DNA of 64,000 bases from an uncultured Chloroflexia bacterium (GTDB lineage Bacteria > Chloroflexota > Limnocylindria > QHBO01): the NCBI GenBank assembly GCA_963704115.1, contig CAVPGY010000007.1, positions 120,142 to 184,141 on the forward strand. Direction: 5' to 3'. A program made the translations under genes and the position numbers. The notes beneath the pieces are model-generated. The model was not told the origin of the DNA. It made no database searches and saw only the letters and a program-made list of their open reading frames with translations. Positions 22,627 to 32,979 of this stretch are shown piece after piece; the stretch's first letter is position 1; every line of letters starts with the position of its first letter.

Positions 22627-23574
22627 ATGGCGAAGAGCGTGCTGGTCGTGGCGATCGGCGGGAACAGCCTCATCAAGGATGCGCAGCACATGAGCGTGCC
22701 GGACCAGTACGCGGCCCTCGGCACGACGAGCGGCCACATCGCGCGGATCATCAAGGACGGATGGCAGGTGGCCATCGGCCACGGAAACGGGCCGCAGGTC
22801 GGGTTCATCCTGCGCCGTTCCGAGCTCGCCGCCCACGAGCTCCACGAGGTGCCGCTCGACGTGTGCGACGCCGACACGCAGGGCGCGATCGGCTACGAAC
22901 TCCAGCAGAACCTGGGGCACGACTTCCGACGCCTGAAGATCGACCGCCAGGCGGTCACCGTCGTCACCCAGGTCGAGGTCGACCCCGCCGATCCGGCCTT
23001 CGAGCGTCCCTCGAAGCCGATCGGCACCTTCATGGACGAGGCGCAGGCCCGCACTCGCGAGGAGCGTGACGGCTGGGCGGTCCGCGAGGATGCGGGCCGT
23101 GGGTGGCGTCGCGTGGTCGCCTCGCCGCGGCCGATCCGGATCGTGGAGGAGCGCGCCGTGAAATCGCTGCTGCGCGACGACTTCGTGGTCATCACCGTCG
23201 GCGGCGGAGGCATCCCGGTCGTGACCGACGAGCACGGGGATCTTCGGGGCGTGGCGGCGGTCATCGACAAGGACTTCGCGTCGGCGCTCCTCGCCATCAC
23301 CCTGCGCGCCGACATCTTCATGATCACCACCGCCGTCGAGCGGGTGGCGCTCGACTTCGGCCGGCCTGAGCAGCGGTGGCTCGACCGCATGACCCTGGAC
23401 GAGGCGAAGGCCCATCTGGCCGAGGGCCGCCACTTCGCGGCCGGCAGCATGGCCCCCAAGATCGAGGCCTGCATCGAGTTTCTCGAGCACGGCGGAGGCG
23501 AGGCGATCATCACCAACCCGGAGCGCATGGAGGACGCCCTGGCCGGCGCGGCGGGGACCCGGATCGGCGGCTGA
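22627..23574 (+). CDS. Carbamate kinase
   Basis: VLVVAIGGNSL, GHGNGPQVG, ITVGGGGIPVV and SMAPKIEA are canonical ArcC/carbamate-kinase motifs. 315 aa, intact. Confidence 0.9.
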   Translation: MAKSVLVVAIGGNSLIKDAQHMSVPDQYAALGTTSGHIARIIKDGWQVAIGHGNGPQVGFILRRSELAAHELHEVPLDVCDADTQGAIGYELQQNLGHDFRRLKIDRQAVTVVTQVEVDPADPAFERPSKPIGTFMDEAQARTREERDGWAVREDAGRGWRRVVASPRPIRIVEERAVKSLLRDDFVVITVGGGGIPVVTDEHGDLRGVAAVIDKDFASALLAITLRADIFMITTAVERVALDFGRPEQRWLDRMTLDEAKAHLAEGRHFAAGSMAPKIEACIEFLEHGGGEAIITNPERMEDALAGAAGTRIGG

Positions 23575-23579
23575 GGACC

Positions 23580-26267
23580 CTACGCGGCGCCGCGATGGAT
23601 CGCGGTCAGCGGTCGGACGGCGAGCGCCTCGGCCAGCGGCAGCGGCCTCGCCCACAGGAATCCCTGTGCGCGGCAGAAGCCGAGGCCGAGCAGCACGTCG
23701 CGCTGCGCCTCGCGCTCGATTCCCTCGACAATCGTCTCGACTCCGAGCTTGTGGGCGATCTGGCCGATGGCCCGCAGGACCTCCTGGCGCTGCGGCTCGT
23801 CGTCCACGTGCTCCACCAGCGCGCGGTCGATCTTCAGGATGTCGATCGGCAGGCGGCCGAGGTACTCGAGGGACGAGTAGCCCGAGCCGAAGTCGTCGAG
23901 CGCGATCCGCACCCCGAGCTGCTGGATCTGCTCCAGCTCCGCCTCGGAACCGGCGCCGGCGGTCGCCAGCGTCGTCTCGGTGAGCTCGAGCTGCAGGCGC
24001 GATGGTTCGAGCCCGGTATCGGCGAGCACGCCGGCCACGACCTCCGGCAGCGTGCCGTGGCCGAGCTGGTGCGCGGAGACGTTGACCGAGACCATGACGC
24101 CGCTGCCGGCGGTGTCGGCGACGGCGCGCCGCAGGACCCACTCGCCGAGCTGCCCGATGAGACCGGCATCCTCGGCCAGGCCGATGAAGTCGGCGGGCAT
24201 GAGCCGCCCGAGCTGCGGGTGGTTCCAGCGCACGAGCGCCTCGACACCGAGCAGACCGCCATCGCACATGTCGATGATCGGCTGATACTCGAGCAGCAGC
24301 TCATCGGTCTCGAGCGCCCGCGCCAGGGCGCCGCGCAACTCCCGGCGTCGCTTCACGGGCTCGTCCATGCCCCGCTCGAAGTGCTGGATGCGGCCCTTGC
24401 CCATGGTCTTCGCGGCATACATGGCGGTGTCGGCGTCGCGGAGGATCTCGTCGGCGGCCTCGGCGCCGGTCGCATCGGTTGTGGACGGCGTCCCGAAGGC
24501 AACGCCGACGCTGGCCGTCAGGGTGACGATCTTGCCGGCGAGCTCGAACGGCTGCCCCAGCGCGTGGAGGATGCGGCCGGCCACGGCATCGATTCGCGTA
24601 CGCGGCGCACCCTCGAGGAGGAAGGCGAACTCGTCGCCGCCCATCCGGCAGGCGGTGTCCTCCGCCCGCAGGATCCCGAGCAGGCGCTCGGCCACCAGTC
24701 GCAGCAGTTCGTCGCCGGCGGCGTGGCCCAGCGAGTCGTTGATCACCTTGAAGTCATCGAGGTCGAGGAACAGCACCGCGACGGAGTCATCGCCCGTGCG
24801 ACGAACCAGGGCGTGGGCGAGCCGGTCGACGAATAGCACGCGGTTCGGCAGGCCGGTCAGGGGATCGTGAAGGGCCTGGTGCCGCAGCTGCTCCTCGAGT
24901 GCCTTGCGGTCGCTGATGTCGACGAGGATGCCCTGCACCATGTTCGGGCGGCCGTCGGCGTCGCGGGAGATCACCGCTTCGTCGTCGATCACCCACACCA
25001 CGCGGCCGTCCTTCGCCAGCAGCCGGTACTCCCAGCGTCCCTTCGGCTCGGCGCGCTCCTGGTCGCCCAGCTCGGCGAGGATCATCCGGTCCCGATCGGC
25101 CGGATGCATGCGCGACATCCACATCGTGGGATCGGCGGACCACTCCTCGGCGGTATAGCCGAGCAGCTCCTCGATCTTCGTGCTCACGAAGTGCCAGCGG
25201 CCGTTCTGACCCGCCTCGGCCACGTAGACGACGCCCGGCACGCGCTCGACCACCGATCGGTACTGCGCTTCCGCGACCGTGAGCTCGTCGGTGAGCTGCC
25301 GTTCGCGCGAGATGACCTGCTCACGATCGGCCAGCAGGACGGTCTGCCGGGCGATCGCCCCGACGGCCACCAGTCCGAGCGCCAGGCCGGTCAGCAGCCG
25401 CAGCCAGCCGGTGACGAGCATCGGCTGCGAGATGACGGTGATTACCAGCACGCCGGCAAGCAGGGCACTGGCCAGGGGCAACAGGCCCCGGAGCCAGGCC
25501 GCGACCGCCGCGTAGGCAGGGCCGGCATCCTCCTCCGCGGTCCAGTTGGCGGCACCATGGCCCACCAGCATCGCCCCCGCCGCGACCAGCGCGTGCATCC
25601 CCCAGCCGAAGATCTCGCCCACCATCGGGACGAGCAGACCGGTGAGCCCGGCGGCAGCCAGCCCGCTGCCGACCAGCATCTCCCATGGGCCGACCGCCCG
25701 AAGGGGCACGCGGACGGTCAGGTTGAGCAGCAGGGTGGCCCCCAGCGCGGCGGTGAAGAACGCGGCCTGGACGAGGACGAGCATGCCGATCGGGCCGAGG
25801 CCGAGCCCGGCACCGGCGATGAGGGCCGCGCCGGTGATGGCCAGCAGGATGGAGGCGGCGTCGAGATAGAGCGCGAGCTCGTCCGCGGTCCGCATTCGCC
25901 CGCGGGCGGCGGAGCCGAAGGTCCCCGCGGCCGCGACGACGAGCCCGCCGATGGTGAGGCCCGCGAGGATGGGGGCGTCGGTGTCGTGCACCCCGGCCAG
26001 CCGGGCAAGCTCGGAGGCCAGCCAGACCGCGACGCCGAGGCCGATCCAGCCGCGCACCCGCCGTTCGCGCGGCGTGGCCGCCCGGACGAAGCCGCGCCAG
26101 GCAACCAGCGTGGCGGCCGTGGTGGCGATCACCCGGGCGAGGTGACCGTCGACGACCCCGGTCGCGAGCAGCGCCAGCGCGGCCACGCTCGCACCCCCGA
26201 CCAGCGGGAGCGTGATCCCGGGTCGCAGTGGCGTCGACCGAGCGAGGATTCCCTGGTTCACGGCCAT
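23580..26267 (-). CDS. Membrane sensor diguanylate cyclase/phosphodiesterase (multi-TM N-terminus, PAS, GGDEF, EAL)
   Basis: RMGGDEF (GGDEF) and ELTETTL..DDFGSGYSSLEYL (EAL), preceded by ~300 aa of hydrophobic helices and a PAS segment. Start taken at MAVNQGIL; the ORF extends to 26420. Confidence 0.85.
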   Translation of the reverse strand: MAVNQGILARSTPLRPGITLPLVGGASVAALALLATGVVDGHLARVIATTAATLVAWRGFVRAATPRERRVRGWIGLGVAVWLASELARLAGVHDTDAPILAGLTIGGLVVAAAGTFGSAARGRMRTADELALYLDAASILLAITGAALIAGAGLGLGPIGMLVLVQAAFFTAALGATLLLNLTVRVPLRAVGPWEMLVGSGLAAAGLTGLLVPMVGEIFGWGMHALVAAGAMLVGHGAANWTAEEDAGPAYAAVAAWLRGLLPLASALLAGVLVITVISQPMLVTGWLRLLTGLALGLVAVGAIARQTVLLADREQVISRERQLTDELTVAEAQYRSVVERVPGVVYVAEAGQNGRWHFVSTKIEELLGYTAEEWSADPTMWMSRMHPADRDRMILAELGDQERAEPKGRWEYRLLAKDGRVVWVIDDEAVISRDADGRPNMVQGILVDISDRKALEEQLRHQALHDPLTGLPNRVLFVDRLAHALVRRTGDDSVAVLFLDLDDFKVINDSLGHAAGDELLRLVAERLLGILRAEDTACRMGGDEFAFLLEGAPRTRIDAVAGRILHALGQPFELAGKIVTLTASVGVAFGTPSTTDATGAEAADEILRDADTAMYAAKTMGKGRIQHFERGMDEPVKRRRELRGALARALETDELLLEYQPIIDMCDGGLLGVEALVRWNHPQLGRLMPADFIGLAEDAGLIGQLGEWVLRRAVADTAGSGVMVSVNVSAHQLGHGTLPEVVAGVLADTGLEPSRLQLELTETTLATAGAGSEAELEQIQQLGVRIALDDFGSGYSSLEYLGRLPIDILKIDRALVEHVDDEPQRQEVLRAIGQIAHKLGVETIVEGIEREAQRDVLLGLGFCRAQGFLWARPLPLAEALAVRPLTAIHRGAA

Positions 26268-26391
26268 CGGTATTCGCGGGCACCGCCGAACGTGGCTTCC
26301 AACCATGGCAGGGTACGGTTGCACGGCCGGCTGGGGGATGGGCCGATAGTACCCACCGCAGGATCGCTCGGGACCGCGGTAGCCTGTCCGG

Positions 26392-27318
26392 ATGCACCCG
26401 TTCCGCTTCGCAGTCCACACCGGCGGCGGCGAGCTCGTGGAGGACTGGACGGGCTTCGCGCGGCGCGCCGAAGCACTCGGCTATGCGGTGCTGTACGTCA
26501 CCGATCACCTCGGTCGCGGGCTCTCGCCGATCGCCGCCATGGCGGCCGCGGCAGCAGCCACCGACACGATCCGCATCGGGTCCTACGTCTTCGCCAACGA
26601 CTTCCGCCATCCCCTGATCCTGGCGCGTGAGGCGGCAACGCTCGACCGGCTCAGCGGCGGACGCTTCGAGCTCGGCCTCGGCGCCGGGTGGATGCGCTCG
26701 GACTATCGCCAGCTTGGCATCCCCTACGACCGTCCGGGGCTGCGCATCGACCGGCTCCAGGAATCGTTCCGGCTCATCAGGCGCCTGCTGGGCGGCGAGG
26801 AGGTGACGCACGAGGGCCGCTTCTATCGGCTCGACCGCGCGCGGGCGTGGCCGGTCCCGGTCCAGCGACCGCATCCGCCGATCATGATCGCCGGCGGCGG
26901 TCCTCGCCTGCTGCGCTTCGCGGCGCGGGAGGCCCAGATCGTCGGGCTCGCGCCGCAGATGACCCCGACGGGACGGCCGATGCTCCGCCTTGCCAGCGAG
27001 GAGGCCTTCGCCGGTCGCGTGGAGCTCATTCGGTCGGCAGCCGGCGACCGCTTTGACCAGCTGGAGCTCAACGTGTTCGTCGCGGACGCCGGCGTGGTCG
27101 GCAGCGATCAGCCGCTCGGCGCGAGCGCCGCGGCGGTCGCCAAGTCGGCCGGCCCGGCGATCATCGGCGGCTCGCCGTACCTGCTGTACGGCACACGGAC
27201 CCAGCTGCGCGAGGCGATGCTCCGACGTCGTGAGCGTTCCGGCATCAGCTCGTACGGCATCCCCGTGCGGGCCATGGAAGCCTTCGCCCCGCTGGTGGCG
27301 GAGCTCAGCGGGCGCTGA
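26392..27318 (+). CDS. LLM-class F420-dependent oxidoreductase (luciferase-like monooxygenase family, TIGR03621-like)
   Basis: 308 aa with a luciferase-like TIM barrel pattern (VLYVTDHL, LGLGAGW, RPHPPIMIAGGGPRLLRFAAREAQIVGL). Confidence 0.75.
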   Translation: MHPFRFAVHTGGGELVEDWTGFARRAEALGYAVLYVTDHLGRGLSPIAAMAAAAAATDTIRIGSYVFANDFRHPLILAREAATLDRLSGGRFELGLGAGWMRSDYRQLGIPYDRPGLRIDRLQESFRLIRRLLGGEEVTHEGRFYRLDRARAWPVPVQRPHPPIMIAGGGPRLLRFAAREAQIVGLAPQMTPTGRPMLRLASEEAFAGRVELIRSAAGDRFDQLELNVFVADAGVVGSDQPLGASAAAVAKSAGPAIIGGSPYLLYGTRTQLREAMLRRRERSGISSYGIPVRAMEAFAPLVAELSGR

Positions 27319-27960
27319 TCAGCGCTCGGTGACCGGCTGGCGGAGCACGGTCTTGGCGCGATCCTCGCCTACCCGGTGCGGATCGTTGAGGTAGATCTCG
27401 TGATGCGGGCCGTGCGGGCGCAGGCCGGCGTCGGAGATAACGTCGTGCAGCTTCCGAATCGTGGGGGCCTCGTCCCCGTATGAGCCGACATGCAGGATCT
27501 GGGCGCTCGGCCCCTCCTCCCACTCGTCGAGCACGATCCGCTCCTCCCAGGAGCTCGGCTCGTCCGACCGCGCGGCCACGGTGACCTCGTCCCGCGTCGT
27601 GGCGTTGGGGACGGCGATGAGCAACCGCCAGCGCCAGTCATGGGTATCTGCGGCATCGCCATCGGTCGTCTCGCTCTCCTGCAGCTCCTCGGGGCTGAGC
27701 CAGTAGAGCGCCTCGAGCATGCCCACTCGCTCGTTCACGCCGCGGCCCTTGAGCAGGAAGTGCAGGCGGTAGGCGGTCCCGAACAGGGCGCCGATCGCCT
27801 CGAGGTACTCGGGACTGCCGGGCTCGGCGGTGCCGTCGATCACCAGGTATCGGGCCGCGGGCAGCCTCACGAACCGCACGCGATCACGGCGCGCCGAAGC
27901 GAGTCGCCGCAGATCGTCGCCGTGCTCGAAGGTCACCGGGGAAGTCATCGCTGCCGGCAT
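27319..27960 (-). CDS. GyrI-like small-molecule-binding domain protein
   Basis: ILHVGSYGDEAPTIRKLHDVISDAGLRPHGPHHEIYLNDPHRV and an N-terminal YLVIDGTAEPGS are typical of GyrI-like / AraC-effector-binding folds. Confidence 0.75.
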   Translation of the reverse strand: MPAAMTSPVTFEHGDDLRRLASARRDRVRFVRLPAARYLVIDGTAEPGSPEYLEAIGALFGTAYRLHFLLKGRGVNERVGMLEALYWLSPEELQESETTDGDAADTHDWRWRLLIAVPNATTRDEVTVAARSDEPSSWEERIVLDEWEEGPSAQILHVGSYGDEAPTIRKLHDVISDAGLRPHGPHHEIYLNDPHRVGEDRAKTVLRQPVTER

Positions 27961-28130
27961 CTCGATTCACCTCCGCTGCTGGAAGTGGCCGATGACGTGC
28001 GAGCCGACGACGTTGCCGAAACCCGACGAAGCCACCGAATGCAGGGTCGCCCGATCGCCTTCCCGCTTCCAGTGCCGGGTCGCCCGGATGCGGGGGCCCT
28101 TCGGACCGGGCCGATCGGCCGGATCGGCCG

Positions 28131-29570
28131 TCAGCGGGCGTAGCGGATGCCGCCGCCGCGTCGTTCCTTGTTGAGCCGTCGGTTGAGGTGGAGCCCCTCG
28201 AGGACGAACTCGACGGCGGAGGCGATGCCGGCCGGCGACTCGCCCGCGTCAAGCCGGGCGACGGCCTCGCCGAGCTCCGGGGCGGCCTTGGCCAGCTCCC
28301 CGTGGGCGCGGGAGGCGACGGCCTCGCCGACCTCGGCCTCCAGGCCCTCCTCCTCGAAGCGTTCGAGCGAGCGGCACGAGCTCGGAGAGCGCGAAGTGGC
28401 GGTTGAAGACGTTGACCACGGCCCGCGCCACGAGCTTCTCGACGACGCGGTCCTCGCGCGTCTCGTCGCCGAGCGTCTCCAGCTCGATCTTGCCGGCGGT
28501 CGATGCGACCACCGCCGGCAGGTCGCTGATCCGGGGCGCGGCGCTCGGCTCACCCAGCCGGACGGCGCGCTTCAGGGCGGCGGCGGCCAGCGTCTCGTGG
28601 TTCGCGATGCGTGACCCGCACGCTCACGCCGGAGCGCTGGCTGACCTCCGAGGAGCGACGGGCCAGCTGCGACAGCTCGGCGACGACCTCCTTCATGAAG
28701 CCGGGCATCTCGACCGGCACCGACGGTCGCCGGCATCGTCGTCGAAGGCCGAATGCCTCCGCCTCCATGATCGCGATCTCGGTCGATCGACTCCTCGGGG
28801 TAGTGCGTCCGGATCTGCGCGCCGAATCGGTCCTTGAGCGGCGTGATGATCCGGCCGCGGCTGGTGTAGTCCTCCGGGTTGGCGCTGGCGATGACGAACA
28901 GGTCGAGCTCGAGCCGGACGCGGTAGCCGCGCACCTGGACGTCGCGCTCCTCCATCACGTTGAGCAGGCCGACCTGGATCCGCTCGGCCAGGTCCGGCAG
29001 CTCGTTGAGGCTGAAGATGCCCCGATGCGTCCGCGGCAGCAGCCCGTAGTGGATCGTCAGCTCGTCGGAGAGGTAGCGGCCCTCGGCGACCTTGACCGGA
29101 TCCACCTCGCCGATGAGGTCGGCGATGCTGATGTCCGGCGTGGCGAGCTTCTCGCTGTAGCGATCCGCGCGCGGCCCACCAGGCGATGCGGCGTGTCGTC
29201 ACCCTCGCTCGCGCCACGATCGTGCGTCCCAGCGGCGAGACCGGGTGCATCGGGTCGTCGTGGAGCTCGGTGCCGGCGAGGTACGGGAGCCACGGATCCA
29301 AGCAGGCCGACCAGCGAGCCCGCGCGATGCGGCTCTTGGCCTGGCCGCGCTCGCCGAGCAGGATGACGTCCTGCCCGGCCAGGATCGCGTTCTCGAGCTG
29401 CGGGAGCACCGTCTCGTCGTAGCCGAGGATGCCGGGCAGGAACGGATCGCCCGCCGCGATCCGCGCCAGCAGGTTGGCGCGCAGCTCGCCTTCACGCTGC
29501 GCGATCGCCACCCGGCGGCGCGCAGCTCCCCGAGGGTCGTGTCGGCCGGTCGGTCGGTGGCGTGGGTCAT
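28131..29570 (-). pseudogene. ChlI/BchI-like AAA+ ATPase (Mg-chelatase ATPase family), at least 3 frameshifts
   Basis: Fragments in ORFs 29199..29570, 28693..29511, 28572..29105, 28550..28768 and 28131..28553: ILGYDETVLPQLENAILAGQDVILLGERGQAKSRIAR (Walker A region) and [68 protein letters not shown] (sensor region, resembles GTMNPEEG..LLDRFG). Confidence 0.5.
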
Positions 29571-29625
29571 GCGGGTCGCTCCTCGGGCTGCGCGGGAGGT
29601 TCAGGGTAGTCGCGAACGGCCAGCG

Positions 29626-30578
29626 TCACCGACACGGGGTCGCAGATGCCCCGCGCCGCCAGTTCCTCGAGGAAGGCCCGACGCTCAGTCGATCTCCTTC
29701 TCGAGGTCCGTCGCGGTCAGGGCCAGGCTCTCCGCCAGCACGGCATACGCCGCCGGGTCGTGCACGAATGCGCGGTGACGCGGCCACCGTCGTCGGGGAG
29801 CATCGGCGGTGCGGGCAGTGCGCTGCGCGCCCGTGAGGCTCGGAGACCGAGCTCCCCTCGATCGCGCCCAGGCGCACCGGCGCAAGCTCGCCGGCATCGT
29901 CGAGCCGGAGATGCCACGCCTCCTCGATACGGCGGTACATCCCCGCCGGCGTCGCATAGGCCGAGTACTGGAGGTAGATGGTCAGGCCGGCGAGATCCGC
30001 ATCGGTCACCTGCAGCTCGGTCCGCAGCGCTGTCGAGAGCCTCGGGCAGCGAGTCGGCGTGCATCGTGGCGCCCATGCCCCATCCCCGTGCCGGCGAGCA
30101 TCGAGCGCGCCGCGGGCGGCCCGGCCCCAGACGTAGATCGGCAGGTGGTCACTCATCTCGTTGATGAGCAGGTAGCCGGTGCCGGGCGCAATCTCGTCGA
30201 GTCCAGTCGTAGGCCTCCCACCAGCCACGCACGAAGATGCCGGTCGTGTCGTCGGGCAGGAAGTCGACGAGGGCGGAGAGCGCCGTGGTCTTGCCGGCCT
30301 GCGGCGCCTCGGAGCTGAGCATCACGCTCCTCCTGCCGGCTCACGACGGCCCACAGCGTCGCCATGAGGCGAGCGTCGATCGTCGGTGTGCCGATCAGCT
30401 CGACCGCGCTCATCGGGGTCGGCGGCGCCCAGTGGTAGCCCCACCAGCCTTCGGGGAAGCGGTCGAACCAGGCCTGCAGCGCCGCGGACATCCTCGGCCA
30501 CGGTACGCGGCGGCGGGTCGGCAGCGCAACCGACGGTCGTAGCCGCGCAGGATTCGCCGCTGACGAACGTGGCGCCAC
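29626..30578 (-). pseudogene. P-loop NTPase-like protein, family unresolved, frameshifted
   Basis: Walker A SSEAPQAGKTTALSALVDF and a downstream GYLLINEMSDHLPIYVWGRAARGALDA lie in different frames. A short internal repeat FPEGWWGYHW / FVRGWWEAYDW is present. Confidence 0.3.
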
Positions 30579-30990
30579 ACGAACGTGGGCGCATCACCAT
30601 CCCCGCCGCGGCATCCAGAACCGCGCCGAGCACCCCATCGGGCCCGACGTGGAAGTCGATGCGATCCTCGATCCAGGTGCCCGCGGCGGGCCGGCGTGAA
30701 GGAGTGGGAGTGGTTGAAGCGCGCCATCGGCCCGGAGATGGTCTCGTCCACGAACCGCTCGCCCGGCACGCGGTCCACCAGGCGGACGGTCCACGAGCGC
30801 TGCACGGGCCCCAGGCCGTAGCGGAACTCGAAGACCGAGCCGGGCCGCGGCGGGGCCGGGCTCGATGCGCACGAGCCGGATGGCGACGGGCGGCGGCATG
30901 AGGCTTCGCGAGGTTGCCGGGATCGTCGAAGAAGGTGAACACCTCGTCGATCGGCGCGGGAACCCAGCGATCGCGAACGGATGATCGGCA
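30540..30990 (-). pseudogene. SRPBCC-family (CoxG/polyketide-cyclase-like) protein, frameshifted
   Basis: RWVPAPIDEVFTFFDDPGNLAKP, SVFEFRYGLGPVQRSWTVRLVDRVPGERFVDETISGPMARFNHSHSFT and TWIEDRIDFHVGPDGVLGAVLDAAAGMVM occur in three frames. Confidence 0.5.
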
Positions 30991-31006
30991 TGGCGAGGGT
31001 ACGCGC

Positions 31007-32493
31007 TCAGATGCCGAGCGGATTGATCGGCTTCGCGGACGTGTTCTGGAGCACCGCCTTCGTCTCGGTGTACAGGTCGAGCGCCTCGAGCGACTGCTCG
31101 CGCCCGTAGCCGGACTCCTTGAACCCGCCGAACGGGACGCCGGGGAACGCCACGAAGGGGGTGTTGATGCCGATGGCACCGGACCGGATGCGCTGTGCGA
31201 GCCGGTGGCCGCGGGCGCCGTCGCCGGTCCACACGGTGGCGGCCAATCCGAAGCGCACGTCGTTGGCGATGCGCACCGCCTCCGCCTCGTCGGCGAAGCG
31301 GGTGAGGGTGACGACCGGCCCGAAGACCTCCTCCTGGCAGATGCGCGCATCGTTGGCCACGCCGCCGATGACGGTCGGCGCCACGAACGCCTCGGCATCC
31401 AGGCCATCGGCCAGCGACAGGTCGCCGCCGGCCAGCAGCTCGCCGCCACCCTCGAGGCCGATGTCGATGAATCCGCGCACCTTCGTCGCGTGGTCGCGGC
31501 TGATGAGCGAGCCGACCTTGGTGTCGGCGTCGAGGGGGTCGCCCACGGACAGCGCCTTCGTCTTCTCGGCGAAGGCCGATGCGAACGCGTCGTACACCTC
31601 GTCCTGCACCAGGATCCGGGATCGCGCCTCGCACGACTGCCCGGCAGCGTAGTAGATGGCCCACACCGATCCGAGCACGGCCGCATTGAGGTCCGCGTCG
31701 GCGAACACGATGTTCGGGCGATCTTGCCGCCGAGCTCCAGCGAGACGCGTTTCAGGGTCTGCGCGGCGGCCTGCGCGATCGTCCGCCCGGTGCCCGTCTC
31801 ACCGGTGAATGCCACCTTGTCGATCCCCGGGTGCGTGGCGATCGCCTCGCCCACCTCGCCTCCGGGACCCGGAACGATGTTCAGGACGCCCGGCGGAATC
31901 CCGGCCTCCAGGGCCAGCTCCCCGAGGCGGATGGCGCTGAGCGGGGTGGCGGAGGCCGGCTTGAGGACCATGGTGTTGCCCGCGGCCAGCGCCGGCGCGA
32001 CCTTCCAGGCGGCCATCATCAACGGGTAGTTCCAGGGGATGATCGCCCCCACCACGCCGACCGGCTCGCGGAGCGTGTAGCTCACAACCGCCGGATTGAC
32101 GACGTGCGATCGCCCGTACAGGTGCTGCGCCGTGCCGGCGAACAGCTCGAGCGTCGCAACGGCGACCTTGATCTCCGAGGCACACTGCCACATCGCCTTC
32201 CCGACGTTCCGCGATTCGAGCTCGGCGAGCGCATCGGTCTGCTCGTCGAGCAGCTGCGCCAGCCGGTTCAGCGCCCGGACTCGCTTGGCCGGCGAGGTCT
32301 TCATCCAGGCGCCCTCGAGCGCGGCGCGGGCGGCGGCCACGGCCGCATCGACGTCATCGGCGCCACCCTGCGCCACGACGGCGAGCTCTCCGCCGTGGGC
32401 GGGATCGAAGGTCGGGAACGTGCGGCCGCTCTGCGCGTCGCGGAGCTCGCCGTTGATCAGCAGCTGCGTCGAGAGATCAGTCATGCCCGGCAT
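31007..32493 (-). pseudogene. NAD(P)-dependent aldehyde dehydrogenase, disrupted by a 2-nt insertion near 31735
   Basis: N-terminal 255 aa in frame (IIPWNYPLMMAAWKVAPALAAGNTMVLKPAS, FTGETGTGRTIAQAAAQTLKRVSLELGGK). At ggcaagAtcgcccGaacatc the expected GKSPNIVFADADL is lost. The rest continues in ORF 31007..31708 (QSCEARSRILVQ.., EEVFGPVV, catalytic Cys context). Confidence 0.7.
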
Positions 32494-32528
32494 GGTAGCG
32501 GGATGCGTGCCGCCAATTGGTCGGCGGA

Positions 32529-32954
32529 TCAGCCCTCGGAGCCGATGGCGTCGAGCACCTGGCGATCACCGATCGGGGTGTTCAGCTCCACGAGGACGCT
32601 CCAGGGAAGCTCCTGCTCGGGACAGGCGCCCAGGGGATCGATGATCCCGCCCACCCGCAGCTCGAGCGAGACCGCGTCCGCGCTCTCGGTCACCTCGACC
32701 GACTCGACGGCGAAGCACTGCGGACCCGGCGGCATGATGAACCCGACCTCGATGCGGGCGTTGCCGGTGACGCGGTAGCACGCGACCGGGATCGACTGCG
32801 GCCGATCGGTCATCGCCCGCGGGGAGGCCGTGAAGACCGGCTCGAAGTCGCTCGCACACAACGGGACGGGCGCGCCCTGGGGCGTGGCGCAGGCGGCCAA
32901 CGCGAGTGCGAGCGCGAGCATCGGGGCGACGTGGCGCCGCGTCATGAAGGCCAT
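32529..32954 (-). CDS. Lipoprotein of unknown function
   Basis: Signal peptide with lipobox (MLALALALAAC) followed by a ~110-aa soluble domain. Confidence 0.6.
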   Translation of the reverse strand: MAFMTRRHVAPMLALALALAACATPQGAPVPLCASDFEPVFTASPRAMTDRPQSIPVACYRVTGNARIEVGFIMPPGPQCFAVESVEVTESADAVSLELRVGGIIDPLGACPEQELPWSVLVELNTPIGDRQVLDAIGSEG

Positions 32955-32979
32955 GGCGCAATCATGCCGCCCCGGCGAC

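Noticed and set aside
29626-30578. Assignment of the P-loop fragment to the CpaF/VirB11 secretion-ATPase family.
   Set aside because: A GYLLINEMSDHLPIYVWGRAARGALDA segment loosely resembles the post-Walker-B region of those ATPases. However, the spacing from the Walker A motif is about 50 aa too short and no His-box or Asp-box is visible, so the family was left unassigned.
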